Shown: positions 27,815 through 35,901, counted from the first letter of the stretch. The stretch is DNA of 64,000 bases from a bacterium (GCA_030648255.1 JAUSHZ010000007.1:24404-88403); one strand, 5' to 3'. Notes: a model not told the origin generated them from the letters alone. Program-made: numbers and translations.

Positions 27815-28231
27815 TTAACTTTTAACTCTTTTTGCTCCGTATTTAGATCTTCCATTTTTTCTGCCAGCCACCCCTGTGGTATCTAAATGTCCTCTAACAA
27901 TATGATATCTCACGCCGGGTAAATCTTTAACCCTTCCCCCTCTCACCAAAACCATTGAGTGCTCTTGTAGGTTGTGGCCTTCCCCGCCAATATAAGCAGA
28001 AACTTCTTTGCCATTTGATAGCTTAACCCTGGCTACTTTTCGTAAAGCCGAGTTTGGTTTTTTTGGAGTAACTGTGAAAACCTTAGTGCAAATTCCTCTC
28101 TTAAATGGAGACGCGTAGTCCTGTGGCCTGTTTTTTAAAACATTAAAACCATAAGTCAAAGCTCTCATCTTGATTGTTTTTTTCACTGGCTTTCTTGGCT
28201 TTTTAATTAATTGATGAATTGTTGGACACAT
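27815..28231 (-). CDS. rpsL: 30S ribosomal protein S12
   Basis: 138 aa with [11 protein letters not shown], a classic S12. Confidence 0.95.
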   Translation of the reverse strand: MCPTIHQLIKKPRKPVKKTIKMRALTYGFNVLKNRPQDYASPFKRGICTKVFTVTPKKPNSALRKVARVKLSNGKEVSAYIGGEGHNLQEHSMVLVRGGRVKDLPGVRYHIVRGHLDTTGVAGRKNGRSKYGAKRVKS

Positions 28232-28235
28232 AAAT

Positions 28236-28320
28236 AATAAAAATAAATAAAAAATAAATCACTCTTTCACAAGTAAATTTAATTTACCAAATAAAAAATT
28301 TAATGTCAACAATGCTTGAA
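28236..28320 (-). promoter_or_regulatory. Putative sigma70-type promoter of the str operon (rpsL)
   Basis: On the minus strand, TTGACA then 17 nt then TAAATT, about 60 nt upstream of the rpsL ATG. Confidence 0.45.
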
Positions 28321-28321
28321 C

Positions 28322-28360
28322 TAAAACTCAGCAGATATCTGCTGAGTTTAGTTTTTAAAA
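28322..28360. terminator. Palindromic hairpin aaactcagcag-atat-ctgctgagttt flanked by A/T tracts (bidirectional terminator)
   Basis: Perfect 11-bp inverted repeat immediately 3' of the 28367..29317 gene. Confidence 0.55.
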
Positions 28361-28366
28361 TAATTT

Positions 28367-29317
28367 TTACTTACACTGCTGGGGTTTCACAGAGGTGCAG
28401 GTCAATGTTCCGTCAAGTGCTGTGCACCAAGTAATTCCTGCTTTGTCTGTATCTCCAATTCCCAAACAGCCAGTCAACGCTCCACTTCCTATCATAACTG
28501 TTGTCGAAGCAGAAGACGACACCTCCAAATTATACGCCGGCGTTGTCGTCCCAATCCCGATATTACCCTTCAATATTGTTTTCGTAATACTAGTATTTCC
28601 TAAAGTTACAGAATTGCTGCCATTGCCTATAGCACTCGCTCCTATTACTATTTCATTGGTATTCCCGTCTGCTCCAGCCATTGCGTTATAACCCTCATAA
28701 ACAGAGTTACTGGAAGTTGTATTGGCGGTAACACCATCGGCAATATAAACACCAGCCTTCGTGCCATTGGCGGTGTTTTGATAACCAGTATTATAGTAGA
28801 GAGCCTGCATACCGTTAGCGGTATTTTGATAACCAGTAGTGTTTGAGAAAAGAGCCTGCATACCGTTAGCGGTATTGTAATCGCCAGCAGTATTAGAATA
28901 AAGGGCATACACGCCATTAGCTGTATTTGTATATCCTGTAGTGTTAGAGTAGAGAGATCTATAACCAACAGCAGTATTATAACCCGCTTCATTTGTACTG
29001 GCTGTTGAACTTGCCATCCCCGCTTGATAGCCAACAAAAGTATTGTATAAGGATACATCATAATGACCTGCCTGGTAGCCAATATTAGTTTTAAAGCCAA
29101 TATTATTAAAATCAATTAGATCAGTAACCGCTATACCAAGAGAGGTTAGATATGTAGTAGTAGTTGTAGCTAATGTGCTAGTACTAAAAACATCTAGAGC
29201 TCCCCCAATAGAAACATTATTACCAATTGTGGTAACAGCTTGGGCGACTATAACTACGCAAAAAACCGTTGTTATGACGCTCACTACTACAGTAAAAATT
29301 TGCTTTTTATTATTCAT
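28367..29317 (-). CDS. Secreted repeat protein with T-rich N-region and ~19-aa tandem repeats (GYQNTANGMQALYSNT...)
   Basis: N-terminal signal/TM segment. Five or more degenerate tandem repeats are visible at both the DNA (about 57-60-nt period) and protein level. The C-terminus is Cys-containing. Confidence 0.6.
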   Translation of the reverse strand: MNNKKQIFTVVVSVITTVFCVVIVAQAVTTIGNNVSIGGALDVFSTSTLATTTTTYLTSLGIAVTDLIDFNNIGFKTNIGYQAGHYDVSLYNTFVGYQAGMASSTASTNEAGYNTAVGYRSLYSNTTGYTNTANGVYALYSNTAGDYNTANGMQALFSNTTGYQNTANGMQALYYNTGYQNTANGTKAGVYIADGVTANTTSSNSVYEGYNAMAGADGNTNEIVIGASAIGNGSNSVTLGNTSITKTILKGNIGIGTTTPAYNLEVSSSASTTVMIGSGALTGCLGIGDTDKAGITWCTALDGTLTCTSVKPQQCK

Positions 29318-29448
29318 AGCTTCTTCATTCTTAATTTTTTAGTTTATATCCTATACTACCTTTTACACTTAGTCAAACAAAAAACTAACACTTTTTGTTA
29401 GTTAAATTTTTACTTCACTTTACCCGCGGTCGCCGGTATTTTGAAGCA

Positions 29449-29610
29449 TTGACAAATGACTTTGAAATTTGCTATTATTTAAATAACCTGCTGGATGCCT
29501 TAGTGACCACCGCTCGTAATTGACGGTCTGAGCTAAGGATTACTTGGGCACAGACCCAAGTCGATCCCTGCAGAACGAAGCCCGCGGCTATTTAAGCCGT
29601 GGTTTTCGTT
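29449..29610 (+). ncRNA. Candidate sRNA with consensus-like promoter and intrinsic terminator
   Basis: TTGACA (29449-29454), 18 nt, TATTAT (29473-29478). About 120 nt of transcript with stems ccttag...ctaagg and cttggg...cccaag. Terminator ccgcggct-attta-agccgtgg plus ttttcgttt. No ORF. Confidence 0.45.
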
Positions 29611-30103
29611 TATCTGAAGAAAAAATGTCTAAAACATTATTGGCTTTTACTACAACATCTGGCTTTCTTTCACCTCGGAAAACAGCGATGGCCTCTTGAT
29701 GCGCTTTACTTTTCTTGCCTATTTGGCTAAAAGACACCTTTGGCGATTTAATTTTATTTTTATCAAACAAAGAAAGTAAGATGCTTCTAATTACGGCTTC
29801 GTGACCTGGGTATTCTCTATCAATAATTAAAGAATCAATTTTTTCGTTTTTAATTAGTAAAAATACTAAACCAGCAAAAATTCTAAATACAAAATTTTTG
29901 TGGGGCCTGTCTATCTCTCGCATAACAATTAAAACCTTTCGTTTTTCTTTAGCGCTAATCAAAAGAGTTCTCGCCTTACCATTAGCAAAACAAACTACCG
30001 TTAGTTTCCTAGTATCTTCAACTTTTCCTGATTGATCAATTTCTATAGGCATAAAGTTATCATAATTTATTCTAATTCTAACATAAGGATTTTTACAAAA
30101 CAA
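29588..30103 (-). CDS. Hypothetical protein
   Basis: 171-aa ORF with no recognisable motifs. Confidence 0.4.
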   Translation of the reverse strand: MFCKNPYVRIRINYDNFMPIEIDQSGKVEDTRKLTVVCFANGKARTLLISAKEKRKVLIVMREIDRPHKNFVFRIFAGLVFLLIKNEKIDSLIIDREYPGHEAVIRSILLSLFDKNKIKSPKVSFSQIGKKSKAHQEAIAVFRGERKPDVVVKANNVLDIFSSDKRKPRLK

Positions 30104-30299
30104 AACCGCCCTAATAAAATCAAAAGCGGAATTTTGTTTAGTATTTTATTTTTTTATTTCGCTGGGAAGGCTGGAATATTTGGTCTTATCTGGATTGACT
30201 GGGCGGTGATGCTGCCGTCATAGCTAGCGATTTTTCATCACCTTTCAAGTTGTGGAAATATCATACCATTTTTCACCCAAAATTCAAACCCTAAAATAC

Positions 30300-30335
30300 A
30301 ACAACGTTCGGAGTTCCGAACGCTGTCTAATATGC
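30300..30335 (-). terminator. Intrinsic terminator (cagcgttcggaactccgaacgttg + U-tract)
   Basis: 10-bp stem with a U-rich tail on the minus strand, downstream of the small ORF and the M50 protease gene. Confidence 0.5.
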
Positions 30336-30340
30336 AAAGC

Positions 30341-30436
30341 TCATTTAATATTATGATTTTTGCCAAAAAATTGGCTAAAAAACACAACACACAAAACAAG
30401 AATACTAGCAATTAAAGTACTATAATTAATGGTCAT
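30341..30436 (-). CDS. Candidate 31-aa hydrophobic small protein
   Basis: AAGGAGG, 8 nt, ATG. Sequence MTINYSTLIASILVLCVVFFSQFFGKNHNIK*. A hairpin terminator follows (see 30300-30335). Confidence 0.35.
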   Translation of the reverse strand: MTINYSTLIASILVLCVVFFSQFFGKNHNIK

Positions 30437-30518
30437 TATTTACGCCTCCTTTTAAGTTAAAGAGCCCTTACTTAAGACACAAAAGAAATTGCTATACTTT
30501 AGCAACTTTTTTTGTGGC

Positions 30519-31142
30519 TCAAACGATTTTTGTTCCAACCAAAAACTGAAAAATCTCCATCAAATAACTTCCAAAATACGGGAATACAAAATAAATAAAC
30601 ATAATAAGAAAAAATATTCCAAATTGGTTTAAAAAAGCTATGGCGTTTTCTGCTGATTTTGGTAAAAAAGCAAACAAAATATGCGAGCCGTCAAGCGGAG
30701 GTATCGGCACCAAATTAAAAAATGCCAATAGTAAATTTATCCAAACAACTTCCAAGAAAATCGCCCCTAAATTTTGGCTAAATAAAGAACTGCCCAATGG
30801 TAAAAAGCGCAAAACTAAAGTAAAAATCAAAGCCACAGAAATATTAGCCAAGGGACCTGCCATAGCCACCTTAGCTTCGCCATATTTTCTATCTCGCAAG
30901 GCATACGGATTTATTGGCACTGGTTTTGCCCAGCCAATCAACATACTGCTATGAGATATTACCAAAAGCAAAGGCACAATTATTGAGCCAAACAAATCAA
31001 TGTGTTTTATGGGGTTTAAGGTTATTCTCCCCATATCTCTGGCGGTTCTATCTCCCAAGCGTTCAGCCATGGCTCCATGGGCCACTTCGTGGATAATAAT
31101 AGAAAAAACCAAAACAATTACGCTAAAAATAATATCAATCAT
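30519..31142 (-). CDS. Peptidase M50 family (site-2 protease-like) membrane metalloprotease
   Basis: HEVAHG motif in the first TM helix, multi-pass membrane, 207 aa. Confidence 0.7.
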   Translation of the reverse strand: MIDIIFSVIVLVFSIIIHEVAHGAMAERLGDRTARDMGRITLNPIKHIDLFGSIIVPLLLVISHSSMLIGWAKPVPINPYALRDRKYGEAKVAMAGPLANISVALIFTLVLRFLPLGSSLFSQNLGAIFLEVVWINLLLAFFNLVPIPPLDGSHILFAFLPKSAENAIAFLNQFGIFFLIMFIYFVFPYFGSYLMEIFQFLVGTKIV

Positions 31143-31189
31143 TGTTTTTTCTTACATATTATACTAATATGATTAAAACTACAAATTAA

Positions 31190-31401
31190 ATGGTGGGCTA
31201 CCCCAGCTCAAATTTTGCGAAGTAATGCGGGGGCAACCCGCTTCGCCCACCGCCAGCTGGCGGTAAGGGATGGGGCTATTCGCCCCACGCAGGTTGCAAG
31301 ATATTTTTTTAAGTTTAATTAAATTTTATATAAAGTGGTGTTAGCGGAGGCAAAATTTGAGCGGGGTGCTCATTTTGTTAATTCGCTTCGCTCAAAACAA
31401 A
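31190..31401 (+). promoter_or_regulatory. Structured GC-rich leader upstream of rpmB
   Basis: Nested stems ggtgggc...gcccacc, gcgaag...cttcgc, gccagctggc, ggggctattcgcccc and gagcg...cgctc lie immediately 5' of the rpmB ATG. Confidence 0.35.
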
Positions 31402-31686
31402 ATGGCAAAAGTATGTACAATATGTGGCAAGGGCTCATTAATGTTTGGAAAATTAAACAAGTTAAGGGGAAAATATAACCCAGCCCCAAAAGTAAGAAAA
31501 TACCCAAACCTTCAATGGCTAACTGTGCCAAAAGATGTTCGCAATAAAAAATTCACTAAGCTTGCTGGCCAAAGAATCGAGGCCTGTACTAAGTGTATTA
31601 AAACTTTATCTAAGCCCGTGCGACAGAAAAAGCAAAAAGAATCTCCAAAAGAAGAAGTAAAAGAACCCGCAAAAATCGGGGCATAG
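31402..31686 (+). CDS. rpmB: 50S ribosomal protein L28 with K/E-rich C-terminal extension
   Basis: Starts MAKVCTICGKGSLMFGK...NPAPKVRKYPNLQ (L28 signature). The ORF track starts 15 codons early. Confidence 0.8.
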   Translation: MAKVCTICGKGSLMFGKLNKLRGKYNPAPKVRKYPNLQWLTVPKDVRNKKFTKLAGQRIEACTKCIKTLSKPVRQKKQKESPKEEVKEPAKIGA

Positions 31687-31764
31687 TATATCAGTATTAT
31701 GCAGGGCTGGGGGTCCTGTGAGCTGGGTGCGATTCCCAGTGCCCCGACTGTAAAGCCCGCCAAA

Positions 31765-31795
31765 CCAAAAACCGCCGAAAGGCGGTTTTTGGTTA
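31765..31795 (+). terminator. Intrinsic terminator of rpmB
   Basis: aaaaccgccgaaaggcggttttt. Confidence 0.7.
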
Positions 31796-31832
31796 AATTA
31801 TTACACTGGTAAGACCTGTGTAAAACTTTATC

Positions 31833-32060
31833 TTGACAATGGTTATATTTTTTTGCTAATATAACAGTGTGCTTGTGGGGCGTCAGCCCTATTCGGCTAA
31901 TTCCTAAGCTGAAGGCAGGCACATTTACATCTTCTTGCGGGGCTGAAATGCAGAAAATCGGCTCTACTGCGGGGTGCGAGTAGTCCCTTTACGGGGTATC
32001 CAAAGCGCTACGAGGGAGGGTTGCCGTCCTCCCAGCTCCACAAGAGGATGTATTTTTTTA
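31833..32060 (+). ncRNA. Candidate ~190-nt structured sRNA with promoter
   Basis: TTGACA (31833-31838), 18 nt, TAATAT (31857-31862). The 5' cuugugg pairs with the 3' ccacaag (a terminal closing helix) followed by auguauuuuuuu. The ORF called on the opposite strand (31512..31922) overlaps rpmB and is judged spurious. Confidence 0.4.
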
Positions 32061-32247
32061 TATAATCGTTATCTCGCAATCTAAATGCTGTGGCAATTTG
32101 AATTTCTTCTAATTCTATTCCATCGCATAATATTTTTACAGCTTCAATGGAGCATAAATAATCTAAACTTCCAATTCTTTTCACCAAGCAATACCCACCC
32201 CGTTTGCTTGTTTTATTTTGGTAAATTTTATCTGGATACTTAACTAT

Positions 32248-32436
32248 TTATTCCTCAACCTCAACCCCACACTCCCGACAAAAAATCTTAAAATCATTTA
32301 TGTTCTCGGTATGGTCAACCTGAAGCTGGCCATCAGAAAAAGTCAAAATGTCGTATTGATTCGGCTCACTAACAAACTCCCCCGCCCCACACTTCGCACA
32401 ACACCCATCAACTATTTTAAAAAACTTTTTTGACAT
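32248..32436 (-). CDS. Small Zn-ribbon protein (two C-x2-C pairs)
   Basis: 62 aa with CCAKC...CREC. Confidence 0.45.
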   Translation of the reverse strand: MSKKFFKIVDGCCAKCGAGEFVSEPNQYDILTFSDGQLQVDHTENINDFKIFCRECGVEVEE

Positions 32437-32440
32437 GAGT

Positions 32441-32983
32441 TTAAAATATTCTAAAAATAAAAAAATCTTGTGGTAAAAAAGAAACTAGAATAACCGTAGT
32501 GCCAATGACAAATAAAATTAGTAAAACATTTAATGCGGTAGTTCCATAATTTTCCTGTTCTTTTGGTTGCTTCATTGTGTTTGCTAAATTTATCGTTTTT
32601 TCTTTTAATTGTTCCATTCTAATTTCTATCAAATCCTTTGACACTATTTGCATTCTTGCCTCAATGATTTTACCTAATTCCTTAATCCATTTTTTATATT
32701 TTCCAGCTTCATCAATAAAAGTTCTCTTCACCCAAAAAATTGCGTATGCGATAGATAAAAATAATATAAATTGTCCAAGTAGCCATAATTCTAAATGTTT
32801 TGCAAAAGATAATGCTGTAAAGCCAAAACCAGCTATTAAACCAAACACTTGGACTAATTTATATACATAATCAAGTGCCCTTTCCCTCACTTTCTCGTGT
32901 GCTTGCACTATTTCTTCCTGTAATTTTATATCCTCGTGAAGATAATATAAATTATCTTTGAGTAATTGTGTGTATTCTTTCAT
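32441..32983 (-). CDS. Hypothetical membrane protein
   Basis: 180 aa with 3-4 TM helices. Confidence 0.4.
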   Translation of the reverse strand: MKEYTQLLKDNLYYLHEDIKLQEEIVQAHEKVRERALDYVYKLVQVFGLIAGFGFTALSFAKHLELWLLGQFILFLSIAYAIFWVKRTFIDEAGKYKKWIKELGKIIEARMQIVSKDLIEIRMEQLKEKTINLANTMKQPKEQENYGTTALNVLLILFVIGTTVILVSFLPQDFFIFRIF

Positions 32984-33036
32984 ATTTTAAAAACCTTCTT
33001 TGCCATAGATTTAATTAGCTGGAATCTAAAAGAAAT

Positions 33037-33285
33037 TTACCTATATTTTTCTGGCATAAATTTTGCTTCTTCCTGCCAAGTCAAATTAAATACATCTTCG
33101 CCAATTCTATGAAATTCAAATAGACAATCTCCATCTACACATCCATCTTCTTCGTCCCATTCCTCAACACTAACCATATTTTCGTCTTTTAAACAATCAA
33201 CCGTACCTAATCCATTTTTTTCGCAAATGTCTGCTATATCGTCAAAAGAATACTTTTTATCTTTTGTAAAAATTTCCATAATCAT
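33037..33285 (-). CDS. Small acidic Cys-containing hypothetical protein
   Basis: 82-aa ORF. Confidence 0.35.
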   Translation of the reverse strand: MIMEIFTKDKKYSFDDIADICEKNGLGTVDCLKDENMVSVEEWDEEDGCVDGDCLFEFHRIGEDVFNLTWQEEAKFMPEKYR

Positions 33286-33457
33286 AATTAAGAAATATTT
33301 CTTTTACATCTTTTTTTGAGTATCTCTCAATAACAACACTCTTATTCCAAACTTGTAGATCTTTTCCCTCGTACTCCAAATAATCAAACGGCTCAGTAGT
33401 CGTTTTGAAATACGAATAAATTTTATTGTATTGAGATTCTAATTTTTTATAATTCAT
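33257..33457 (-). CDS. Small hypothetical protein
   Basis: 66-aa ORF. Confidence 0.3.
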   Translation of the reverse strand: MNYKKLESQYNKIYSYFKTTTEPFDYLEYEGKDLQVWNKSVVIERYSKKDVKEIFLNYDYGNFYKR

Positions 33458-33462
33458 AATTT

Positions 33463-34305
33463 TTATGAAAAATCTGTTAAAAACTTGATTTGGTTTGCTT
33501 GTTGCACATTAAAGTTTATTTTATTTTTGATAAATTCCAAACGATATTCTGGAGAAATTTCCCCGCCATTTGCCAACCTATCTAAAATCATTTGATAATA
33601 TTTAGGATGTATTTCACAAGAAACAAAATCTCTCTTAAGTTCTTTACATTTTAGTAGCTCTGAACCACTCCCACCAAACAACACAAAAATATTGTCGCCT
33701 TCTTTGGTGCTTGATTTTATCAACATTTCAACTAAGCTCAAAGGTATTTGGCAAGAATGAAAAGTTTTATCTTTAGAAACATTTTTAACTAAATCAAAAT
33801 AAAACCAAGAGTATGGCATCCTTCCAGCACTTCCATTTTTAATTCTTCCCTGTATTCTTTTATCGGTTGGATTTTGATAGGGTAAAGCAACTTGATCTTT
33901 ATAAAAATTATTATTTTTTGTTTTTGTAGCGTGTAAAATAACTCTATGGGCAGTGGTAAATTTTTTATCGCTATGGCCAATATTTGAGTTATAAACCCAA
34001 ACATAGTCATTTACTAAAAAGGCATTGTCGTCTAGAAATTTTACTCTTAAATAGGCATTTTGTTTTGGGTAATTCATCATAAATAAATTCCCTGTCGGTT
34101 TTAAAACCCTCATACATTCTTTCGTAAGCTCAATATACCAATCAATATACTCATTCCATTTAGCGGTAAATTTTTTACCAGCATAATTTATGCCCACATT
34201 ATAATCTGGGTCACCATATACCATATCAACCGAATTATCTGGCATTTTCTTTAGAGTAACTAGAATATCGTCATTAAAAATTTTGTTTATAAAATTTTCT
34301 ATCAT
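33463..34305 (-). CDS. DNA methyltransferase, beta-class N4/N6 (DPPY-like DPDY then FGGSGS)
   Basis: Motif IV-like VYGDPDYNVG lies N-terminal to the AdoMet motif VLFGGSGS. This is the ParB-less PF01555 architecture. Confidence 0.7.
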   Translation of the reverse strand: MIENFINKIFNDDILVTLKKMPDNSVDMVYGDPDYNVGINYAGKKFTAKWNEYIDWYIELTKECMRVLKPTGNLFMMNYPKQNAYLRVKFLDDNAFLVNDYVWVYNSNIGHSDKKFTTAHRVILHATKTKNNNFYKDQVALPYQNPTDKRIQGRIKNGSAGRMPYSWFYFDLVKNVSKDKTFHSCQIPLSLVEMLIKSSTKEGDNIFVLFGGSGSELLKCKELKRDFVSCEIHPKYYQMILDRLANGGEISPEYRLEFIKNKINFNVQQANQIKFLTDFS

Positions 34306-35141
34306 TTTTTGTTTTGATTTATTAAGTTATACCTAACTGACTTTAAAAATTTAATTGAAGTTATGTCTTGGGGATTAGTAAAAGTATAAGCATACAAATT
34401 AAGTGCATCAAACCCCTTTTGCCTTTCCCTGACCACATAGATACAAACAATTTCTTTTATTTTTGTTTTTAATTCTGGTTTTTGTTTTGCCTGCCAATAA
34501 TAAAGAAAGGGGTGGTAAATTTGGTATATCGAAAAATTCGTTGGCTTACCATTTTTTGCTTCAAAAATCCCTATTTTGCCCATAAATTCAATCGTTAAAT
34601 CAATCTCAATCTGAACTTTATTTAGTTTTATCCCTACATTTTTACCAAAACCATACCCTAAATTAGCTTTTGTTCTATGGGGAAAATATGTTTTTGGTCT
34701 ACTGGCAATGTCCGAATTATCAAACTCTTTGTCTTGACCAAATAAAAAGTGATGCAAAATTCGCTGATTGTTTGCAACCGACAAAATATTCGATTCGCTG
34801 GTGTTGTATTGGTTTAAAATTGATTTTTTATATTGCCAATCAATTATCTTTTGTATTGGCTCAAAATTATGATAAATTTTTTCTATATCTTTAATAAACT
34901 GGTGCTTTCCACTTCCTAAATGAATAAGAGCAAAATCTTCTTTTTGCAAAGCAACAGGCAGTCTTTCTTTGGTATCTAGTTTTGTAGCGTCGAAATGATT
35001 TTGAAATCCTACTTTTTTAGAAACCGCTTTAACTAAGTCATTGTCAAAAACAAAATCGTTTTTATCTTTACAAATTTTAAAAATCATCGACAAAACCTTT
35101 TTCTTTTTATTTTCTTTTTGTGAAGCTTTTTTGGTACTCAT
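34302..35141 (-). CDS. Putative type II restriction endonuclease (partner of adjacent MTase)
   Basis: Overlaps the MTase gene by 4 bp. Has a PD-(D/E)xK-like ...IEID...FEAK. No other homology is recognisable. Confidence 0.45.
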   Translation of the reverse strand: MSTKKASQKENKKKKVLSMIFKICKDKNDFVFDNDLVKAVSKKVGFQNHFDATKLDTKERLPVALQKEDFALIHLGSGKHQFIKDIEKIYHNFEPIQKIIDWQYKKSILNQYNTSESNILSVANNQRILHHFLFGQDKEFDNSDIASRPKTYFPHRTKANLGYGFGKNVGIKLNKVQIEIDLTIEFMGKIGIFEAKNGKPTNFSIYQIYHPFLYYWQAKQKPELKTKIKEIVCIYVVRERQKGFDALNLYAYTFTNPQDITSIKFLKSVRYNLINQNKK

Positions 35142-35165
35142 AATTTTATTTTTACTATATCAAAA

Positions 35166-35786
35166 TTAAATACTTTTGTCTTTCACTACATCTGTGAAAT
35201 TTCTCAAAACACTGATGACTTTGCCTTGGATTATTACGGTTTTAACATATAGGGGTTTTAAGGCGGGGTTGGCGGGTTGGAGGCGGATGCGGGTTTTTTC
35301 TTTAAATATCTTTTTTAAAGTAACTTCGTTGCCGTTTATCAACGCCACAGCTGTTTCCCCATTTTCTACGGTGTTTTGTTTGCGGATTATCACAGTATCC
35401 CCATCAAAAATACCTTCGTCAATCATACTGTTGCCTTTTACCCCCAAAGCAAAATGTTCGCCCGAGACAGCCACCATATTTTGAGGCACGGTTATAGTTT
35501 CGTGTTCTTCAATAGCTTCAATTGGCTCACCTGCGGCAATGTATCCCTTAAATGGAATGCTAACACTTGACTCCTGCTTGCCAACTTTTACAGCTCTAGC
35601 GATATTTTTTTCTCGCGTAATATAACCCTTTCCTTGCAAGACCTGCATATAGTGGTTCACTGTTGAAACAGACGCCAACTTAAAATGTTTTCTTATTTCC
35701 TCGTGCGATGGGCTATACCCATTTTTTTCAAAACAATTTTGAATATAATCCAAAAACTTTTTTTGTTTTTTAGTAAGTGAAAACAT
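35166..35786 (-). CDS. lexA: LexA-like repressor (HTH + S24 peptidase)
   Basis: N-terminal winged HTH. C-terminal VKGNSMIDEGIFDGD with a Ser/Lys dyad. Start taken at MFSLTKKQ. Confidence 0.75.
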   Translation of the reverse strand: MFSLTKKQKKFLDYIQNCFEKNGYSPSHEEIRKHFKLASVSTVNHYMQVLQGKGYITREKNIARAVKVGKQESSVSIPFKGYIAAGEPIEAIEEHETITVPQNMVAVSGEHFALGVKGNSMIDEGIFDGDTVIIRKQNTVENGETAVALINGNEVTLKKIFKEKTRIRLQPANPALKPLYVKTVIIQGKVISVLRNFTDVVKDKSI

Positions 35787-35850
35787 ATGAATACTTTTAT
35801 TCACTGTAATAGAACAAAAATAGAAAATCAAGCCAAGTTATCCACAGCAA

Positions 35851-35875
35851 CCAAAAAGACGGCTTTAGCCGTCAT
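35851..35875 (-). terminator. Intrinsic terminator after hicB locus
   Basis: On the minus strand, gacggctaaagccgtc followed by tttttgg. Confidence 0.5.
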
Positions 35876-35901
35876 TAGACAAAAACACCCCTTAAAAAAT
35901 T

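Noticed and set aside
1275-28231. Could the regularly spaced repeats be a CRISPR array?
   Set aside because: Repeat units are 130-300 bp, modular and imperfect. The 'spacers' are full-length conserved r-protein genes. There are no cas genes and no short direct repeats with unique spacers.
28640-29120. Diversity-generating retroelement (template/variable repeats) in the tandem-repeat surface protein
   Set aside because: There is no reverse transcriptase gene in the window, and the repeats are in-frame tandem coding repeats rather than a distant TR/VR pair with adenine-specific differences.
31512-31922. 136-aa minus-strand ORF overlapping rpmB and the sRNA#2 promoter
   Set aside because: It is antisense to a well-supported L28 gene and spans a terminator and promoter. 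It has no RBS and no motifs.
29449-32060. Assigning sRNA candidates to SRP (4.5S), 6S, tmRNA or RNase P
   Set aside because: The conserved SRP domain-IV motif (GGAAGGAAGCAG-like), the tmRNA tRNA-like ends, and the RNase P P4 sequences are not present by eye. These are left as unclassified candidates pending covariance-model search.
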